Shown one piece after another: positions 1-10,700 of a DNA stretch of 64,000 nucleotides. Below the pieces are notes generated by a model, which saw nothing but the letters and a program-made list of their open reading frames with translations, ran no database searches and was not told the origin of the DNA. A program made the position numbers and the translations under genes. Origin of the DNA: an uncultured Phycisphaeraceae bacterium (lineage in GTDB: Bacteria > Planctomycetota > Phycisphaerae > Phycisphaerales > Phycisphaeraceae); contig CAZVBW010000001.1 of NCBI GenBank assembly GCA_964625505.1, positions 8,542 through 72,541 on the forward strand. Direction: 5' to 3'. Position 1 is the first letter of the stretch, and the number at the start of each line of letters is the position of its first letter.

Positions 1-583
1 TGCCCAGGTCCGAGCCACCACCGTCGCCGATCAACAGCTTGAGACTGGGCATCGGCACGGCATCGATCCGGCCGTAGCTGCGTCGCTGGGCGTTCCAGTC
101 GCCCCCGCCGATCGGCCCGCCGTGGCAGCCTTCCTGAGCCGTCTCATTGGGGCAGATGCGTCGGCTCTTGCCGTAGCCGCCGTTGAACCGCCGTTCCAGG
201 CGGGTCGCGCCCAGCGCGTCCATCCGGTCGGCGAAGTCCGGGCATACCAGCGGGTTGTTGGCCCACTGGTCATCGATCGACAACTCGGGCCGGGGCCCGG
301 CGGGCGGGAAGTCGGCGAGTTTCGGGACCTGCAGGTACTCGCCGAGGAAGAAGAACCAGTCGCCGTTGTCGACCCCGCCTGCGTTGGTGGGCATGATCCA
401 ACCGTCGAAGTCGCTGGCGTAGTTGTGCGTGGCGATGGTGATCTGCCGCAGCTGCGACAGGCAGTTGACGCGGCGGGCCGCGGCCCGGGCCGACCCCAGC
501 GAGGGCAGCAGCAAGGCGATCAGCAAGGCGATGATCGAGATCACCACCAGCAGCTCAATCAGCGTAAAGGCGCGACGATTCAT
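1..583 (-). CDS. Prepilin-type N-terminal cleavage/methylation protein, DUF1559 family (partial; C-terminus runs off the window start)
   Basis: Absent from the ORF track because the window edge truncates it. The reverse complement from ATG (comp. 581-583) reads [54 protein letters not shown]. The frame is still open at base 1 (...[15 protein letters not shown]). FTLIELLVV is the canonical prepilin methylation motif. Confidence 0.85.
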   Translation of the reverse strand, partial: MNRRAFTLIELLVVISIIALLIALLLPSLGSARAAARRVNCLSQLRQITIATHNYASDFDGWIMPTNAGGVDNGDWFFFLGEYLQVPKLADFPPAGPRPELSIDDQWANNPLVCPDFADRMDALGATRLERRFNGGYGKSRRICPNETAQEGCHGGPIGGGDWNAQRRSYGRIDAVPMPSLKLLIGDGGGSDLG

Positions 584-607
584 CGGTGGACTCCGGACAT
601 GGAAGAA

Positions 608-633
608 AGCCCGCGGACGTCAATCCGCGGGCT
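608..633 (-). terminator. Hairpin between the PEP-CTERM gene and the downstream DUF1559 gene (terminator/attenuator-like)
   Basis: On the minus strand: AGCCCGCGG-attgacgt-CCGCGGGCT (9 bp stem) followed by TTCTTCC. It lies in the 61-nt gap between the stop at 645 and the start at 583. Confidence 0.45.
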
Positions 634-644
634 TGGCGTGTGGC

Positions 645-1589
645 TTAGCGGCGACGACACGGCAGACCGCCCGAGGCGGACTTCCGCTGACGCTTCAGCA
701 GGCAGAGGGCCCCGGCGCCCATCAGTGCCAGCGACGCGGGTTCGGGGATCGCGTCGTAGACGACCGAGACGTTGTCGAGGGTCATCGTGGCCGGACCGTT
801 CTCGGCGAAGTTGGAGTCGAACACATCGTCGTCGTCGCGGTTGCCCAGGGCAATGGTGTCGAGTGTGAAGCTGAAGTCTTCCCAGTTGCCGCTTCCCGAG
901 GGCAGGCTGATGACCCCGGGGTTGGAGTGGGTCACGCCGTTGACGGTGGCCAGAATCGAGACCTCGCTGGCACCGGAGCGGGTGAAGTCGATGCTGATGC
1001 TGTTCTCGCCGTTGTTGTTGACGGTGAGGCTGCCGCTGGGGTTGCTCGTCGAGCCGACGCCATCGCTGGTGATGAGGGTGTCGGATCCGCCGGAGTTGGG
1101 GCGGTTGGCGGACACTTGGCCGGCGCCACTGCCGCCGGTGGTGAGGTCGAGCCGGAAGCCCTCGAACGCCCGATCGTGCGGGCCGGTGGTGTTCTGGTTG
1201 CTCGAGGCAAGCGTGGCGGAGTTGGAGCCGAACAGGCCGATGACGAAACGATTGAACTGGGTTTCCGGATCGACGTCCAGGTCCAGGTCCATCGACAGGA
1301 CGATGCTGTCGCCGACGTTGGCCAAAGTCGTGGCGTCAAAACCGCGAAACACATGGGCCCCCCCCGGCACGGTGCCGGCGTCGCCGAGGCTGAACTGCAC
1401 CGCTCCGGTCGCACCGACGGTGACGTTGGTGCCTGAGGGGTTGGTCCCGCTGCTGGCGTAGAACCAGCCGGTCGTGGAAGGGTTGGGGTCGTTCAGGACA
1501 CTGACGGGCACCGCGTGGGCCGCGGGGCCGATCAGGAACGCACCGGCGGCCAAGGTCAGGGCGGCGGCGGGGGTGGTGATGGACTGCAT
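645..1589 (-). CDS. PEP-CTERM sorting-domain secreted protein (S/T/G/N-rich beta-type domain)
   Basis: The N-terminal signal peptide is MQSITTPAAALTLAAGAFLIGPAAHA. The C-terminus IPEPASLALMGAGALCLLKRQRK has the PEP motif, a TM helix and a basic tail. A GGAGG RBS precedes the ATG. Confidence 0.85.
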   Translation of the reverse strand: MQSITTPAAALTLAAGAFLIGPAAHAVPVSVLNDPNPSTTGWFYASSGTNPSGTNVTVGATGAVQFSLGDAGTVPGGAHVFRGFDATTLANVGDSIVLSMDLDLDVDPETQFNRFVIGLFGSNSATLASSNQNTTGPHDRAFEGFRLDLTTGGSGAGQVSANRPNSGGSDTLITSDGVGSTSNPSGSLTVNNNGENSISIDFTRSGASEVSILATVNGVTHSNPGVISLPSGSGNWEDFSFTLDTIALGNRDDDDVFDSNFAENGPATMTLDNVSVVYDAIPEPASLALMGAGALCLLKRQRKSASGGLPCRRR

Positions 1590-1717
1590 GGGGACCTCCA
1601 GGAAGGGGCGGGGGCGGAAGAAGCGAGCGATACGCTCAACGATGCATCAATAGATACCCCGTGGATGGAGCCGATGGTTGACGTGTACGACAATGCGCGT
1701 GTAGTTTTGCGTCAAGT

Positions 1718-2854
1718 ATGCCGGTCATCCAGGTCTATCTGACGGAGGGGTCGCGTCGGCTGCTCGAGGGGGTGGGTCGTTTCGCGCGTGAGCGGCCGGC
1801 GTGGAGCCTGGCGCGCGGTGACCGGGACCGGGCTATCGATACGCAGGCGCGGCGTGCGGGCGCGGCGGGGTTGCTCGGGGTGTGGAACGGTTCGGAGCGG
1901 GTGGCCCAGCAGGTGGCGCGGCTGGGGTTGCCGGCGGTGGACATGTACGGCCCGACCGGCGGGTCGATGCCGATGGTGACGGTCGCCGACGATCGGGTCG
2001 GGCAGTTGGGGGCCGAGCACCTGATGGACTGCGGGTACCGCCGGCTGGCGTTCTGCGGGTTGGATCAGCGTTGGAGTCTGCTGCGGCAGCGGGGTTTTGT
2101 GGGTGCAGCGCGACGGGCCGGGGCGCCGTGCACCACGCTGGGCGGCGGCCGGGCCGGGGAGCGGAAGGTCACGTGGTCGGCGTTGCACGGCGGGGACCTG
2201 CTGGGCAAGTGGCTGGCGAAACTCAAGCGACCGGTGGGGCTGATGGTGGCCAGCGACCCGCTGGGCCGCCGGGTGCAGGATGAGGTGGGCCGGCTGGGTT
2301 GGAGCGTGCCGGACCAGCTGGGGCTGCTTGGGGTGGACAACCGGCTGGACGCGTGCCTGTTTGGCAGCGTGCCGATGAGTTCGATCGACCGCAACGAGGT
2401 GACGGTGGGTTACGAGGCCGCGCGGCTGCTGGACCAGATGCTGGCGGGCGAACCGGCGCCGGAGCAGGCGGTCGAGATCGAGCCGGTCGGCGTCATCCCG
2501 CGAAAGAGCACCGAGGGGGTGCCGTTTACCGACCCGGACCTGACGGCGGCGTTGCAGTTCATGCGGGCCCACGCCGACGAGGGCATCGGCGTCGAGGACG
2601 TGCTGGACGCGAGCACGATCAGCCGGCGGACGCTGGAGCGGCGGTTCGTCGAGGCGATCGGGCGGACCCCCGCCGCGGAGCTTCGCCGGCTGCGGCTGGA
2701 GCGGGCCCGCGAGCAGATCATCAGCACCGACATGCCGCTGGTCGAGGTCGCGGTCCGCAGCGGCTTTGGCTCGGTGTCGCATCTGAGCAAGGCCTTCAAG
2801 TCGGCCTACGGCGAGCCGCCCAGCGACTACCGGGCCCATCGCCGGCGACGCTGA
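1718..2854 (+). CDS. XylR-like transcriptional regulator (periplasmic-binding-like sensor domain plus AraC-type HTH)
   Basis: The C-terminal AraC HTH reads ISRRTLERRFVEAIGRTPAAELRRLRLERAREQIISTDMPLVEVAVRSGFGSVSHLSKAFKSAYGEPPSDYR. The N-terminal region is LacI/PBP-like. Confidence 0.8.
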   Translation: MPVIQVYLTEGSRRLLEGVGRFARERPAWSLARGDRDRAIDTQARRAGAAGLLGVWNGSERVAQQVARLGLPAVDMYGPTGGSMPMVTVADDRVGQLGAEHLMDCGYRRLAFCGLDQRWSLLRQRGFVGAARRAGAPCTTLGGGRAGERKVTWSALHGGDLLGKWLAKLKRPVGLMVASDPLGRRVQDEVGRLGWSVPDQLGLLGVDNRLDACLFGSVPMSSIDRNEVTVGYEAARLLDQMLAGEPAPEQAVEIEPVGVIPRKSTEGVPFTDPDLTAALQFMRAHADEGIGVEDVLDASTISRRTLERRFVEAIGRTPAAELRRLRLERAREQIISTDMPLVEVAVRSGFGSVSHLSKAFKSAYGEPPSDYRAHRRRR

Positions 2855-2956
2855 CCCCGCGGCAGGCGGTGGGCGGCGACCGGCGGGATTCAGAACACGC
2901 AGCGCTCGTAGCCGCCGCCCCGCGGTTGGGGATGGCCTCGCGGATCAGCCGCGGCA

Positions 2957-5716
2957 TCACCGCCGCTCCGTGACCAGGTCCGGAACCGGGTCGCCGATCT
3001 GATACAGGATCGGCCGGGCGCCCGGCGGCGTGGTAGTGTCCGTCGCCTCGTCCACGATGGCCGGGAACCGCATCACGAACGCCCGCCACAGGCGGTTCCG
3101 CGGGCTGAGGGCCCCGAACGAGTCCTGGGTGAACTGCGGCTCGTCACCCAGGTTGGTGATCAGGATGTCCGAGCTCTGGCCGCGGATGCGGAACATCGGC
3201 TCGCCGTCGGCGTAGGGCCCGCCGATGCCGGCCATGCCGTGGACGCGGACGTGCGAGCTGTCGTTGATCTCCAGGAACACGCCGTGCATCTCCTGCTTGA
3301 TGCCGTAGACGTCGACATGCCGGGCGTTGCGGAACTCGGCCTGGGCGTCCGAGCGTTTGTGCTGGATGTGCAGGTGATAGACCTCGAAGCGGTTGACGGT
3401 GTCCTCGACCAGCAGGGTGCGGTGGTCGCCCGAGACCGGGTCGTAGCCGTGGTTCCAGAACTGGAACCATTGGCCGCCGCCGTTGCCGCGGACCTGGACC
3501 AGCGAGTGGTTGAGCGGGCTCAGGTCGTACTCGCCGTTGGGACCCGGGCCGTTGCCGTAGTCGCCAAAGCCCTCGGGATCGGGGATTTCCCACCCGACGC
3601 GGGGGTCGAGCCGGCCGTCCTCGGAGCGCTGGTGGTTGGCGTGGACGAACTCGCGGTCCAGACCATAGTGGTCGAACAGGATGAAAAACTCCCACCAGTT
3701 GGTGTGCACGTCGTACTTCACCTCGACGCCGCGGACCTGCCCCAGGCCCGACCGCCACTCCAGCCCGTAGACGCCGATGGGCTCGGGGTCGTGCTGGTCG
3801 TAGGTCCGGTTGACGCGCAGCCCGAGAAAGCCAATGCGGGTCCGGTCGTCCGCGGCGTCGTGGGTCCGCACCAGCGGCAGGCCCACATTGGCCGGGTCCT
3901 CGTTGCCGCCAAACCGCCCGCGGGACGCGGTATCGACAGCCATGAGCTGACTGATCTTGTGGTGCACCCCGATCAGCGTCTGGTCGGGCAGCAGCTGCAG
4001 CGTGTCGCGGATGACGTACACGCCCTTGGGGACGAACACCACCCCGCCGCGCCCGGCCGCGGCGATGGCGGCTTGCACGGCATCGGTGTCGTCGGTGTCG
4101 CCGTCGCCGACCGCGCCGTGGTCGCGGATGCTGACGATGCCGGGCGTATTGAACGTGGGCCAATCGCCCAGGTGGTGCCGCGTGGTCAAGCCCTCGGGCG
4201 GGGCGGCAGTCGGGGCGGCGTCCAGGTGGTGATCCCCGACCCGCTGGCCGTCGATCCAAACGCCCTCGTCGATCGAGACGGTGACCTCCTCGCGCTGGCC
4301 GTCGCGGTCCATGTCGATCCTGGCCGTACGGGTCGCGCCGTTCCAGCTGTGGATGGCCAGGGCCGCCTGGCGGACGTGGGTCCAGCCCGTGTCGTCCACG
4401 TCCAGCCGCTGGTCAAAGATATAGCTCGCGTTCTCGACGAAGCAGTTCTCCAGATAGAAGCTGCGCTGCGTGTCGATCACGGTGTTGATCGGGTCCGGGG
4501 CCGGGTACTGGACGGTCGATTCGATCAGCGCCAGCGAGTTGGCGAATGGCTCACGCCACCAGCGCTCGCGGAGGCGGATCACCGGCCCGGGGCGGTCGGT
4601 GCGGATGTCTGCGCCGACCACGGTCAGCGGGCCGCGGACGTTGGTGTCCAGCGCCCACTCGGACTGGTTGATGAGCGTGGCGCCGGTGATCGTGGGCCCG
4701 GGCTGGGCGTCGTTGCCGTAGACCGGCGAGTCTTCGTGGGCCGTCGCGATGCCGACCCGGCCGCCGATCACGGTCACGTCGAACATCCCCCCGCCCGAGC
4801 CGAGGACCCCCGTGACCCCGCCGATCCCGCCCTCGGCATGGATGGTCACGTCCTGCAGGCTCGAACCCTCGGGCGCCTGGAAGCTCACGCCCCACGCCCC
4901 CGGGTTATCGCCCAGGACAATATCGACACCAGCGACGAGTTGGGCGTAGTTCTTGGTGCTCGCCGCGTGCCGCACCGGGTGGCGGTCGACGCGGATGTTG
5001 CTCGGCTTGAACACGTACACCACCGGGTGGGCGTCGTCTGGATCGGTGTAGGTCCCGTCGGCGAGGATCAGCCGCGCCCGGCGGTCGGCACCCACGGTCT
5101 GGCCCACCAGCTGACAGCCGTACAGCTCCCTGTCGCGGACCTCGCCGCCGGCGTGGCGGATGTGGGCTTGGGCCAGCATCAGCGTGTGGCGGACGTGGTA
5201 ATCGCCGGCCGGTAGATAGGTCACCAGCTGGTGGTCGCGGGCGAAGTCGATCGCGTCCTGCAGCCGGTCCGTGTCGTCCTGGCCGTCATCGGGGATGACG
5301 TTGAACGGTTCGGCGGTCACGTCGACGTACCCCAGGTCAGCCAGTTCCGCGTTACCCAGGCCCTCCGGCGCACCGGGCCGGTAGTAGCGACCCATGAACT
5401 CGGCGGGGTTGGTGCGGTCGGCGTCGGCGGGGTGGCGCGGGTGGCGGTCGCCGGGGTTGAAGTACGGCCGCCAGAGGTCCACGTGTTCGGGGACCATGCG
5501 CTCGTCGCCACGCTCGGGAGAGCTGTAGTAGTCGCGGACGACCTGCCACTGCGCGTCGGTCAGGCGCCAGTCATCAAAGCCATAGTTCTCGCCGGTCCCC
5601 GCCCGCTCGGGCAAGTTGGCGGTCCACTCGGCCATCTCGGCCGGCAGCTGCGCCGACGCGGTGAAGCTGCCGGCGGCCAGCATCAAGCCAGCGGCGATAC
5701 GTTTCGCAATATTCAT
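2957..5716 (-). CDS. Secreted glycoside hydrolase with two tandem pectate-lyase-superfamily beta-helix domains (GH55-like architecture)
   Basis: The signal peptide is MNIAKRIAAGLMLAAGSFTASAQ. There are two Pectate_lyase_3-type starts: DDGQDDTDRLQDAIDFARDHQLVTYLPAGDY and GAVGDGDTDDTDAVQAAIAAAGRGGVVFVPKGVYVI. Confidence 0.7.
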   Translation of the reverse strand: MNIAKRIAAGLMLAAGSFTASAQLPAEMAEWTANLPERAGTGENYGFDDWRLTDAQWQVVRDYYSSPERGDERMVPEHVDLWRPYFNPGDRHPRHPADADRTNPAEFMGRYYRPGAPEGLGNAELADLGYVDVTAEPFNVIPDDGQDDTDRLQDAIDFARDHQLVTYLPAGDYHVRHTLMLAQAHIRHAGGEVRDRELYGCQLVGQTVGADRRARLILADGTYTDPDDAHPVVYVFKPSNIRVDRHPVRHAASTKNYAQLVAGVDIVLGDNPGAWGVSFQAPEGSSLQDVTIHAEGGIGGVTGVLGSGGGMFDVTVIGGRVGIATAHEDSPVYGNDAQPGPTITGATLINQSEWALDTNVRGPLTVVGADIRTDRPGPVIRLRERWWREPFANSLALIESTVQYPAPDPINTVIDTQRSFYLENCFVENASYIFDQRLDVDDTGWTHVRQAALAIHSWNGATRTARIDMDRDGQREEVTVSIDEGVWIDGQRVGDHHLDAAPTAAPPEGLTTRHHLGDWPTFNTPGIVSIRDHGAVGDGDTDDTDAVQAAIAAAGRGGVVFVPKGVYVIRDTLQLLPDQTLIGVHHKISQLMAVDTASRGRFGGNEDPANVGLPLVRTHDAADDRTRIGFLGLRVNRTYDQHDPEPIGVYGLEWRSGLGQVRGVEVKYDVHTNWWEFFILFDHYGLDREFVHANHQRSEDGRLDPRVGWEIPDPEGFGDYGNGPGPNGEYDLSPLNHSLVQVRGNGGGQWFQFWNHGYDPVSGDHRTLLVEDTVNRFEVYHLHIQHKRSDAQAEFRNARHVDVYGIKQEMHGVFLEINDSSHVRVHGMAGIGGPYADGEPMFRIRGQSSDILITNLGDEPQFTQDSFGALSPRNRLWRAFVMRFPAIVDEATDTTTPPGARPILYQIGDPVPDLVTERR

Positions 5717-5764
5717 GTCGCAGTTCCTTTCTAATCTTGGTGAAGCGATTGCATCTCTTGACGA

Positions 5765-6577
5765 TCAGCCCGTAGGCTGCGCGACCGGCCAGCGGGATCT
5801 CGCGGCGTCCACACCCGCACGGCTGGCGAGCGCCGACTCCAGCGGCGGCATTTGCGGGCCGTCCCGTTCGACCACCACCCAGCCCGCATAGTCTTGCCGG
5901 TCCAGTTCCGCGAAGAACGCTGTAAATTCCAGGCCCGCCGAGCCGTCGCCGATCTCGGTGAAGGCCTCGCGGACCGGGTCCCAGTCCTTGAGGTGCACGT
6001 GCGTCACCCGCTCACCGTGCTTCCGCAGCATGGCCAGCGGGTCGGCCCCCGCGGCGATCAGGTGGCCCGTGTCGATGCATAGGTCCACGTCGGGCTTGTA
6101 CGCAAGCAGGCGGTCCAGTTCTTCGTCGGTCTCCACGATGCACTTGAGGTGCGGGTGGTAGCTCAGTCGGCAGCCGTGGTCGGCGGCGATCTTCGCGTGG
6201 GCGTCGAGGTTCTCGGCGAACATTTCGTACTCCCACTCGAAGGCGTGCCGGCGTTTGCCGGCGTTGAACCCGCCGCAGGTCATCAGCGTGCTCACGCCCA
6301 GCTGTCGGGCGTACGCGCAGCCGGTGCGGAACTTCTCGGTGGCCGGTGGGTGCGGGTTGAGCGTCACCGACGTGGCCAGGGCCGGGAGCCTCAAGCCGTG
6401 CTCATCCAGCAGCCGCTGCACCCGCCGCGGATCGCCGGTGCTTTCGGGATCGGCACCGAGCTCCACGCCGTCGTAACCGGCCTGGGCGACGTCGCGGCAG
6501 ACCCGCCGCAGGTCGAAAGGCTCGCCGCGCTGTTTGAACCAGCCGGCCCACGTGTTGACCTGGTGTCCGAGTTTCAT
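5765..6577 (-). CDS. Sugar phosphate isomerase/epimerase (xylose-isomerase-like TIM barrel)
   Basis: I start at the internal MKLGHQVNTWAGWF (ATG comp. 6575-6577) rather than the Arg/Pro-rich extension to 6724. There is an ATGA overlap with the upstream gene's stop. HVHLKDW and similar motifs are typical of the family. Confidence 0.8.
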   Translation of the reverse strand: MKLGHQVNTWAGWFKQRGEPFDLRRVCRDVAQAGYDGVELGADPESTGDPRRVQRLLDEHGLRLPALATSVTLNPHPPATEKFRTGCAYARQLGVSTLMTCGGFNAGKRRHAFEWEYEMFAENLDAHAKIAADHGCRLSYHPHLKCIVETDEELDRLLAYKPDVDLCIDTGHLIAAGADPLAMLRKHGERVTHVHLKDWDPVREAFTEIGDGSAGLEFTAFFAELDRQDYAGWVVVERDGPQMPPLESALASRAGVDAARSRWPVAQPTG

Positions 6578-7593
6578 GAAGGCGCCCCCGCGGTCTGCGG
6601 AGTCGGATCGCGGTCGACGTGGTGTGCGTGGACTTGGTCGACCTGGACGACGGCGTGGGTTTCGGCCGAGCGGAAGACCGCCTCGGCGACCCGCATCACG
6701 TCCAGGCCCCAGGCGGTGCCGCACCAGGGCTCATCGGCGCCGCGGATCGCGTCCAGCCAGCGGGCCCGCAGGTCCGCCTGTGGCGCCAGATCGACGGTCT
6801 CGCGGGACCCGGCCAGCGGGGCGTAGTACACGTCGTTGCCCCACTCATTGGTGGTCGCCCCGCCGGCGCTCCCGTGCAGGCCCTTGTAAAAGTTGGGCGT
6901 CGCGGCTCGCCAGGAACCCTCGTGCTGACCGACCGCGTGGTTGGTGAAGTTGAGCGTGACCCAGATGTGGTCGTTGGCCCGCAGGCCCGTGGTCTGGTCG
7001 GCCCGCGTCTGCGCGTAGACCGATTCGACCGGGCCGGCCAGGTACATCATCCAGTCCAGTTCGTGGACGTTGATCTCCAACAGCAGCCCGCCGGAGCGTG
7101 AGGCGTCGGCCCGCCAACCCGCGAGTTTCTCATCGGGCATGTACATCAGCCGGCGGGACCAGACGCTGATCACGTCACCGATCCGCCCGTCGTCGACGAG
7201 CTTCCGCATCGTCTGGGATTCGCGGCTCAGCCGCGGCGAGAACCCGACCGCCGAGGCCACGCCGGCCGCCTCGACCGCCTCGTGGATGGCCGAGGCCTCG
7301 CCGAAGTTCAGGCCCATCGGCTTCTCGCAGTACACGTGCTTGCCCGCGTCGGCGCAGGCCACGGCGTGCTCGGCGTGCAGGAAGTTGGGCGACGAGACAA
7401 CCACCGCATCGACGTCGCCCAGGAACTGCGTGTGGTCCTCGACGTGCCGGGCACCGACCTCGTCGGCCAGGGCGCGGCCCACGTCGACCGCCGGGTCGGC
7501 GATGGCCACGACGTCGACCCCGTCGGTCGCGTCGAAGCGGGTGGCGTGGCCGCGGGCGTTGCCCCCGGCTCCGATGATGCCAATACGGATCAT
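6574..7593 (-). CDS. Gfo/Idh/MocA family oxidoreductase
   Basis: The N-terminus has a Rossmann motif, MIRIGIIGAGGNARGH. The EKP motif is present (VYCEKPMGL). An AGGAGA RBS lies upstream. Confidence 0.85.
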   Translation of the reverse strand: MIRIGIIGAGGNARGHATRFDATDGVDVVAIADPAVDVGRALADEVGARHVEDHTQFLGDVDAVVVSSPNFLHAEHAVACADAGKHVYCEKPMGLNFGEASAIHEAVEAAGVASAVGFSPRLSRESQTMRKLVDDGRIGDVISVWSRRLMYMPDEKLAGWRADASRSGGLLLEINVHELDWMMYLAGPVESVYAQTRADQTTGLRANDHIWVTLNFTNHAVGQHEGSWRAATPNFYKGLHGSAGGATTNEWGNDVYYAPLAGSRETVDLAPQADLRARWLDAIRGADEPWCGTAWGLDVMRVAEAVFRSAETHAVVQVDQVHAHHVDRDPTPQTAGAPS

Positions 7594-7756
7594 GATCCGA
7601 TCGTCTCCTGCGGGATGGCCCCTGCGATTTCAGCGGCCTCGATGGCGAAGCGGTCCAGGCGGGGCGAGCGGACGGGCCGCGCCGTCACAGCCCAGCTGTC
7701 GGCCCAGGTCGTGACCGACCACGTCGACGGTGTTGGGGCGTTCGTCGGGCATCGGA

Positions 7757-10700
7757 TCACTCGGCGCGGGCCCGGCCGTCGGCGGTCGGGCCCGCGTCGG
7801 CGGGCCGGGCGGCGAGGAAGCCCCAGTAGTAGCTGGTGGGCCGGAGGGTCTGAGTGATGGTGTACTCATTCATGGCGGCCCACTTGTTGATGCCGACGTA
7901 GGCCTCGTGGCCCGGCCAGTCGCGGCTGTCGGGGACCATGTTGCGCAGGTGCCACTGGTGGGCCCAGTCGGTGTTGCGGGTAGGCCAGCCGGGGTCGGTC
8001 TGGCCGTAGACGGTGATGCCGTCGGGGAACGGCTGGCCCGAGGCGCGGCTGTCGATGTGCAGGACGCCGGTGGGGCCTTCGTGGCCCACGCCGGTGGTCA
8101 GGGTGATGTTCATCGGGTTGGCGCCGGCGGTGTAGTGGGCGGCGGCCAGGGCGCCGCGGAGGTATCGCACATCGCCGGTGAGCACGTAGGCCCGCGGCAG
8201 GATCGGGCCGACCACCATCTCGGGCGCTGACCAGTACGCGACGTAGCCGATCGGCGGCAGCGACGGGGCGAGTGACGCGAGCCCAAAGGCGTTGCCCTGC
8301 TGAAACTCCAGAGCCACGTCGGCCAGGGCCACCAGGGCGTCGCGGGCCCGCTGGCGCAGCTGCGGATCCGCCAGGTCGTCGGGCAGCATGGCGTAGGCGA
8401 ACAGGCCGTCGATGTTCCGCGGGGCGGCGTCGATCGCCGCGTCGGCTTGCTCGCGGAACGCGTCGTGATATCGGGCTTCGCGGGTCAGCCGGTACAGCTC
8501 GACGCTCGCGTCCAGCCGGGCTTCGGTCAGTTCACGTCGGGCGCGCTCGGGCCGGAATCGGCCGCCGGTGTCCATCCGGGCCTCGTAACGGGCGAGTTCC
8601 GCCCCGCCGTTGGCCTGGGCCCAGTCGAAGGCCCGGACCGTCGACGCGCGGTAGGTGGCCGCCAGGTCCGGGTCGTACGCCTTGAGCAGCCGGGCGGCCC
8701 GGGCGGCGTTGGCGGCGTAGATGTAGCTGCTCACCGGGTCCGGATCGAAAGCCGCGATGAGCAATGTCTCCTGCCAACTGGCCTCGCCGTCGCGGGGGTG
8801 GCCGGTCGACTCGACGCCCCCGCCCACGCCCCCGTGATCTTCCTGCAGCCGGCGGTACAGGTCGATGCCGAACAGAGCCTCGTCCAGCAGGTCGGGAAGG
8901 CCATTCTCCGCCTCGTCCGGCGGCAGGGCGAGTGCAAAGCCCTCGAAGAACTCGGGGAACAGGTCCAGCAGCTCCATGTGGGCGAAGCTCGCTTCCATGT
9001 GCTGGCTGCGGCGGTCCCAGTCGCCCGCGTCCATGTAGCCGCCCCACGCGTCCGGGTGCAGCGTCAGGCCCGAGACGTCGATCGGCTGTTCACCGTCGAT
9101 CTGCAGCTGCTCGCGGAGCCCGACGTTGATCGCGCCCGCCTCGCCCTCCAGCCGGGTCCGCCCGGAGCGGTACACCGGCACATCGTCCGGGTGCATGTTC
9201 CGCGGCCGGACGTACTCCGTGAACGGCCGGCCAAGCTCGATGCCGCTGCGGTGAGACAAAAACCCGTGCATGCTCGTCCGGAACGCGTCGGACCAGGTCC
9301 CCCGGTCGGCGATCTGGAACCGGTAGCTGGTCCCGATGCCCGGCACCAGCACGCGGTAGGTCCCCGGCTGGTCGAAGTCGTGGAAGTCCATCCAGTACAC
9401 GTGGGTGTGGGCGTAGTTCTTGGACTGCTTGAGTGCCTCGGGCTGATCAGCGGCAAAGCCCAGGCGGACCTGCCCGGTGTACACGGCGTTGCCGGCATCA
9501 TCGATGAGTTGGAACGTGTCGACCTCGTCGAAGGCGTGGGCCCCGCCGGTGCCCAGCCACAGCGAGAGGTAGGCCCGCTTGAACGGGTCGCCCGGGCGGT
9601 AGCCGATGTGGCTGGCGTGGACCGCCTCGCTGCGGGATTGCTCGGGGCGATGGGTGTAGTCGACGTGGTCGACCGCGGCGTTGATGCCGTGGAACACCAC
9701 GCGGTACGTTGCCCCCTCCCGCATGTCGTGGGGCAGCGCGAGGTACAGCTTGTGCTCCATCACTTGGTGATGCTCTGCGGCCTGGACGTCGCCCCGCTCG
9801 ATCGGGCGGCTCTTGCAGTGCACGGCGGTGGGCACGACCCCGTCGGCAAACCGCTCGTCGTCGTCGCTCACCACGCGGTAGGCCTGCGGGGCGTCGACCG
9901 ACTCGGTGACCAACCGTGAACCGACGAACCGGTCCTGCACCAGCAGTCGCTGATCGCTGCCGGCCGGCTGGATGATGAACCCGAGGGTCTCGGCCCGGCC
10001 GTCGCCGTCGGTGTCCCGCAGCAGCCGCTGGCCCTTGGGCCCGATGCGGACCTGCTCGCCGAAGCGGGCGAGGACCTGGCGGTTGTTGGTGGGCTCGATC
10101 ACGTCGCCGGGCTGCGGCTGGTAAGCCACGGGGGCCAAATGCTCGGTGCGGCCGGCCTCCAGCTCGATGCCGAGGATGTCGCGGTCCACCGCGCCGACGT
10201 GCACGACCCGCGGGCCCTGCGGGTCGGCCGGAACGCCGTCACGCAGCAGCGTCTCGCGAGCCCGGGCCTGGTCCTGCTGCTGCTGGGCCTGCCGCTGGGC
10301 CCGGCGCTGCTCACGCTGCCGCTGGGCGGCGACCGCGTCGGCCATCTCCTGGTCTTGGGCCACCAGGTGCACCGCCCGGGCCTGCACGTGCACCGGCCGA
10401 CGCCGCCAGTCGCCCTGCAGCTGCACCTGCTCAATCGAAGCCAGGTCCAGCCCGCCGTGCTCCCCCAGCGTCAGCGGGTTCTGCGGGACCACGCGGGTGA
10501 AGCCGTCGCCGGTGGCCTCCGCGAGCGGGTAGGTGTAGACGGCGCGGGTCCCGTCGCCGTCGGCGAAAAACACGCGGATGGCCTGCGCCTGATGGCCCGG
10601 CATGGTGCGGACCTCCAGCACGGGCACCCGCTCGGCCGCCCCTGCCAAGTCGGGAACCTGATCGAATCGAACGCCGCCGCGTGCCCCGGAAGCGCGGATC

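Noticed and set aside
3239-5215. 658-aa plus-strand ORF (and 3144-4259 minus, out of frame) overlapping the GH55-like gene
   Set aside because: It is a shadow ORF typical of very GC-rich DNA. Its translation is a monotonous V/A/G/D/R mix with no motifs, while the minus-strand frame 2957-5716 has a signal peptide and recognisable domains.
8447-9919. 490-aa plus-strand ORF and several 100-170-aa ORFs inside the GH9-like gene
   Set aside because: They are antisense or out of frame to a gene with clear family motifs, and their composition is Arg/Pro/Gly-biased.
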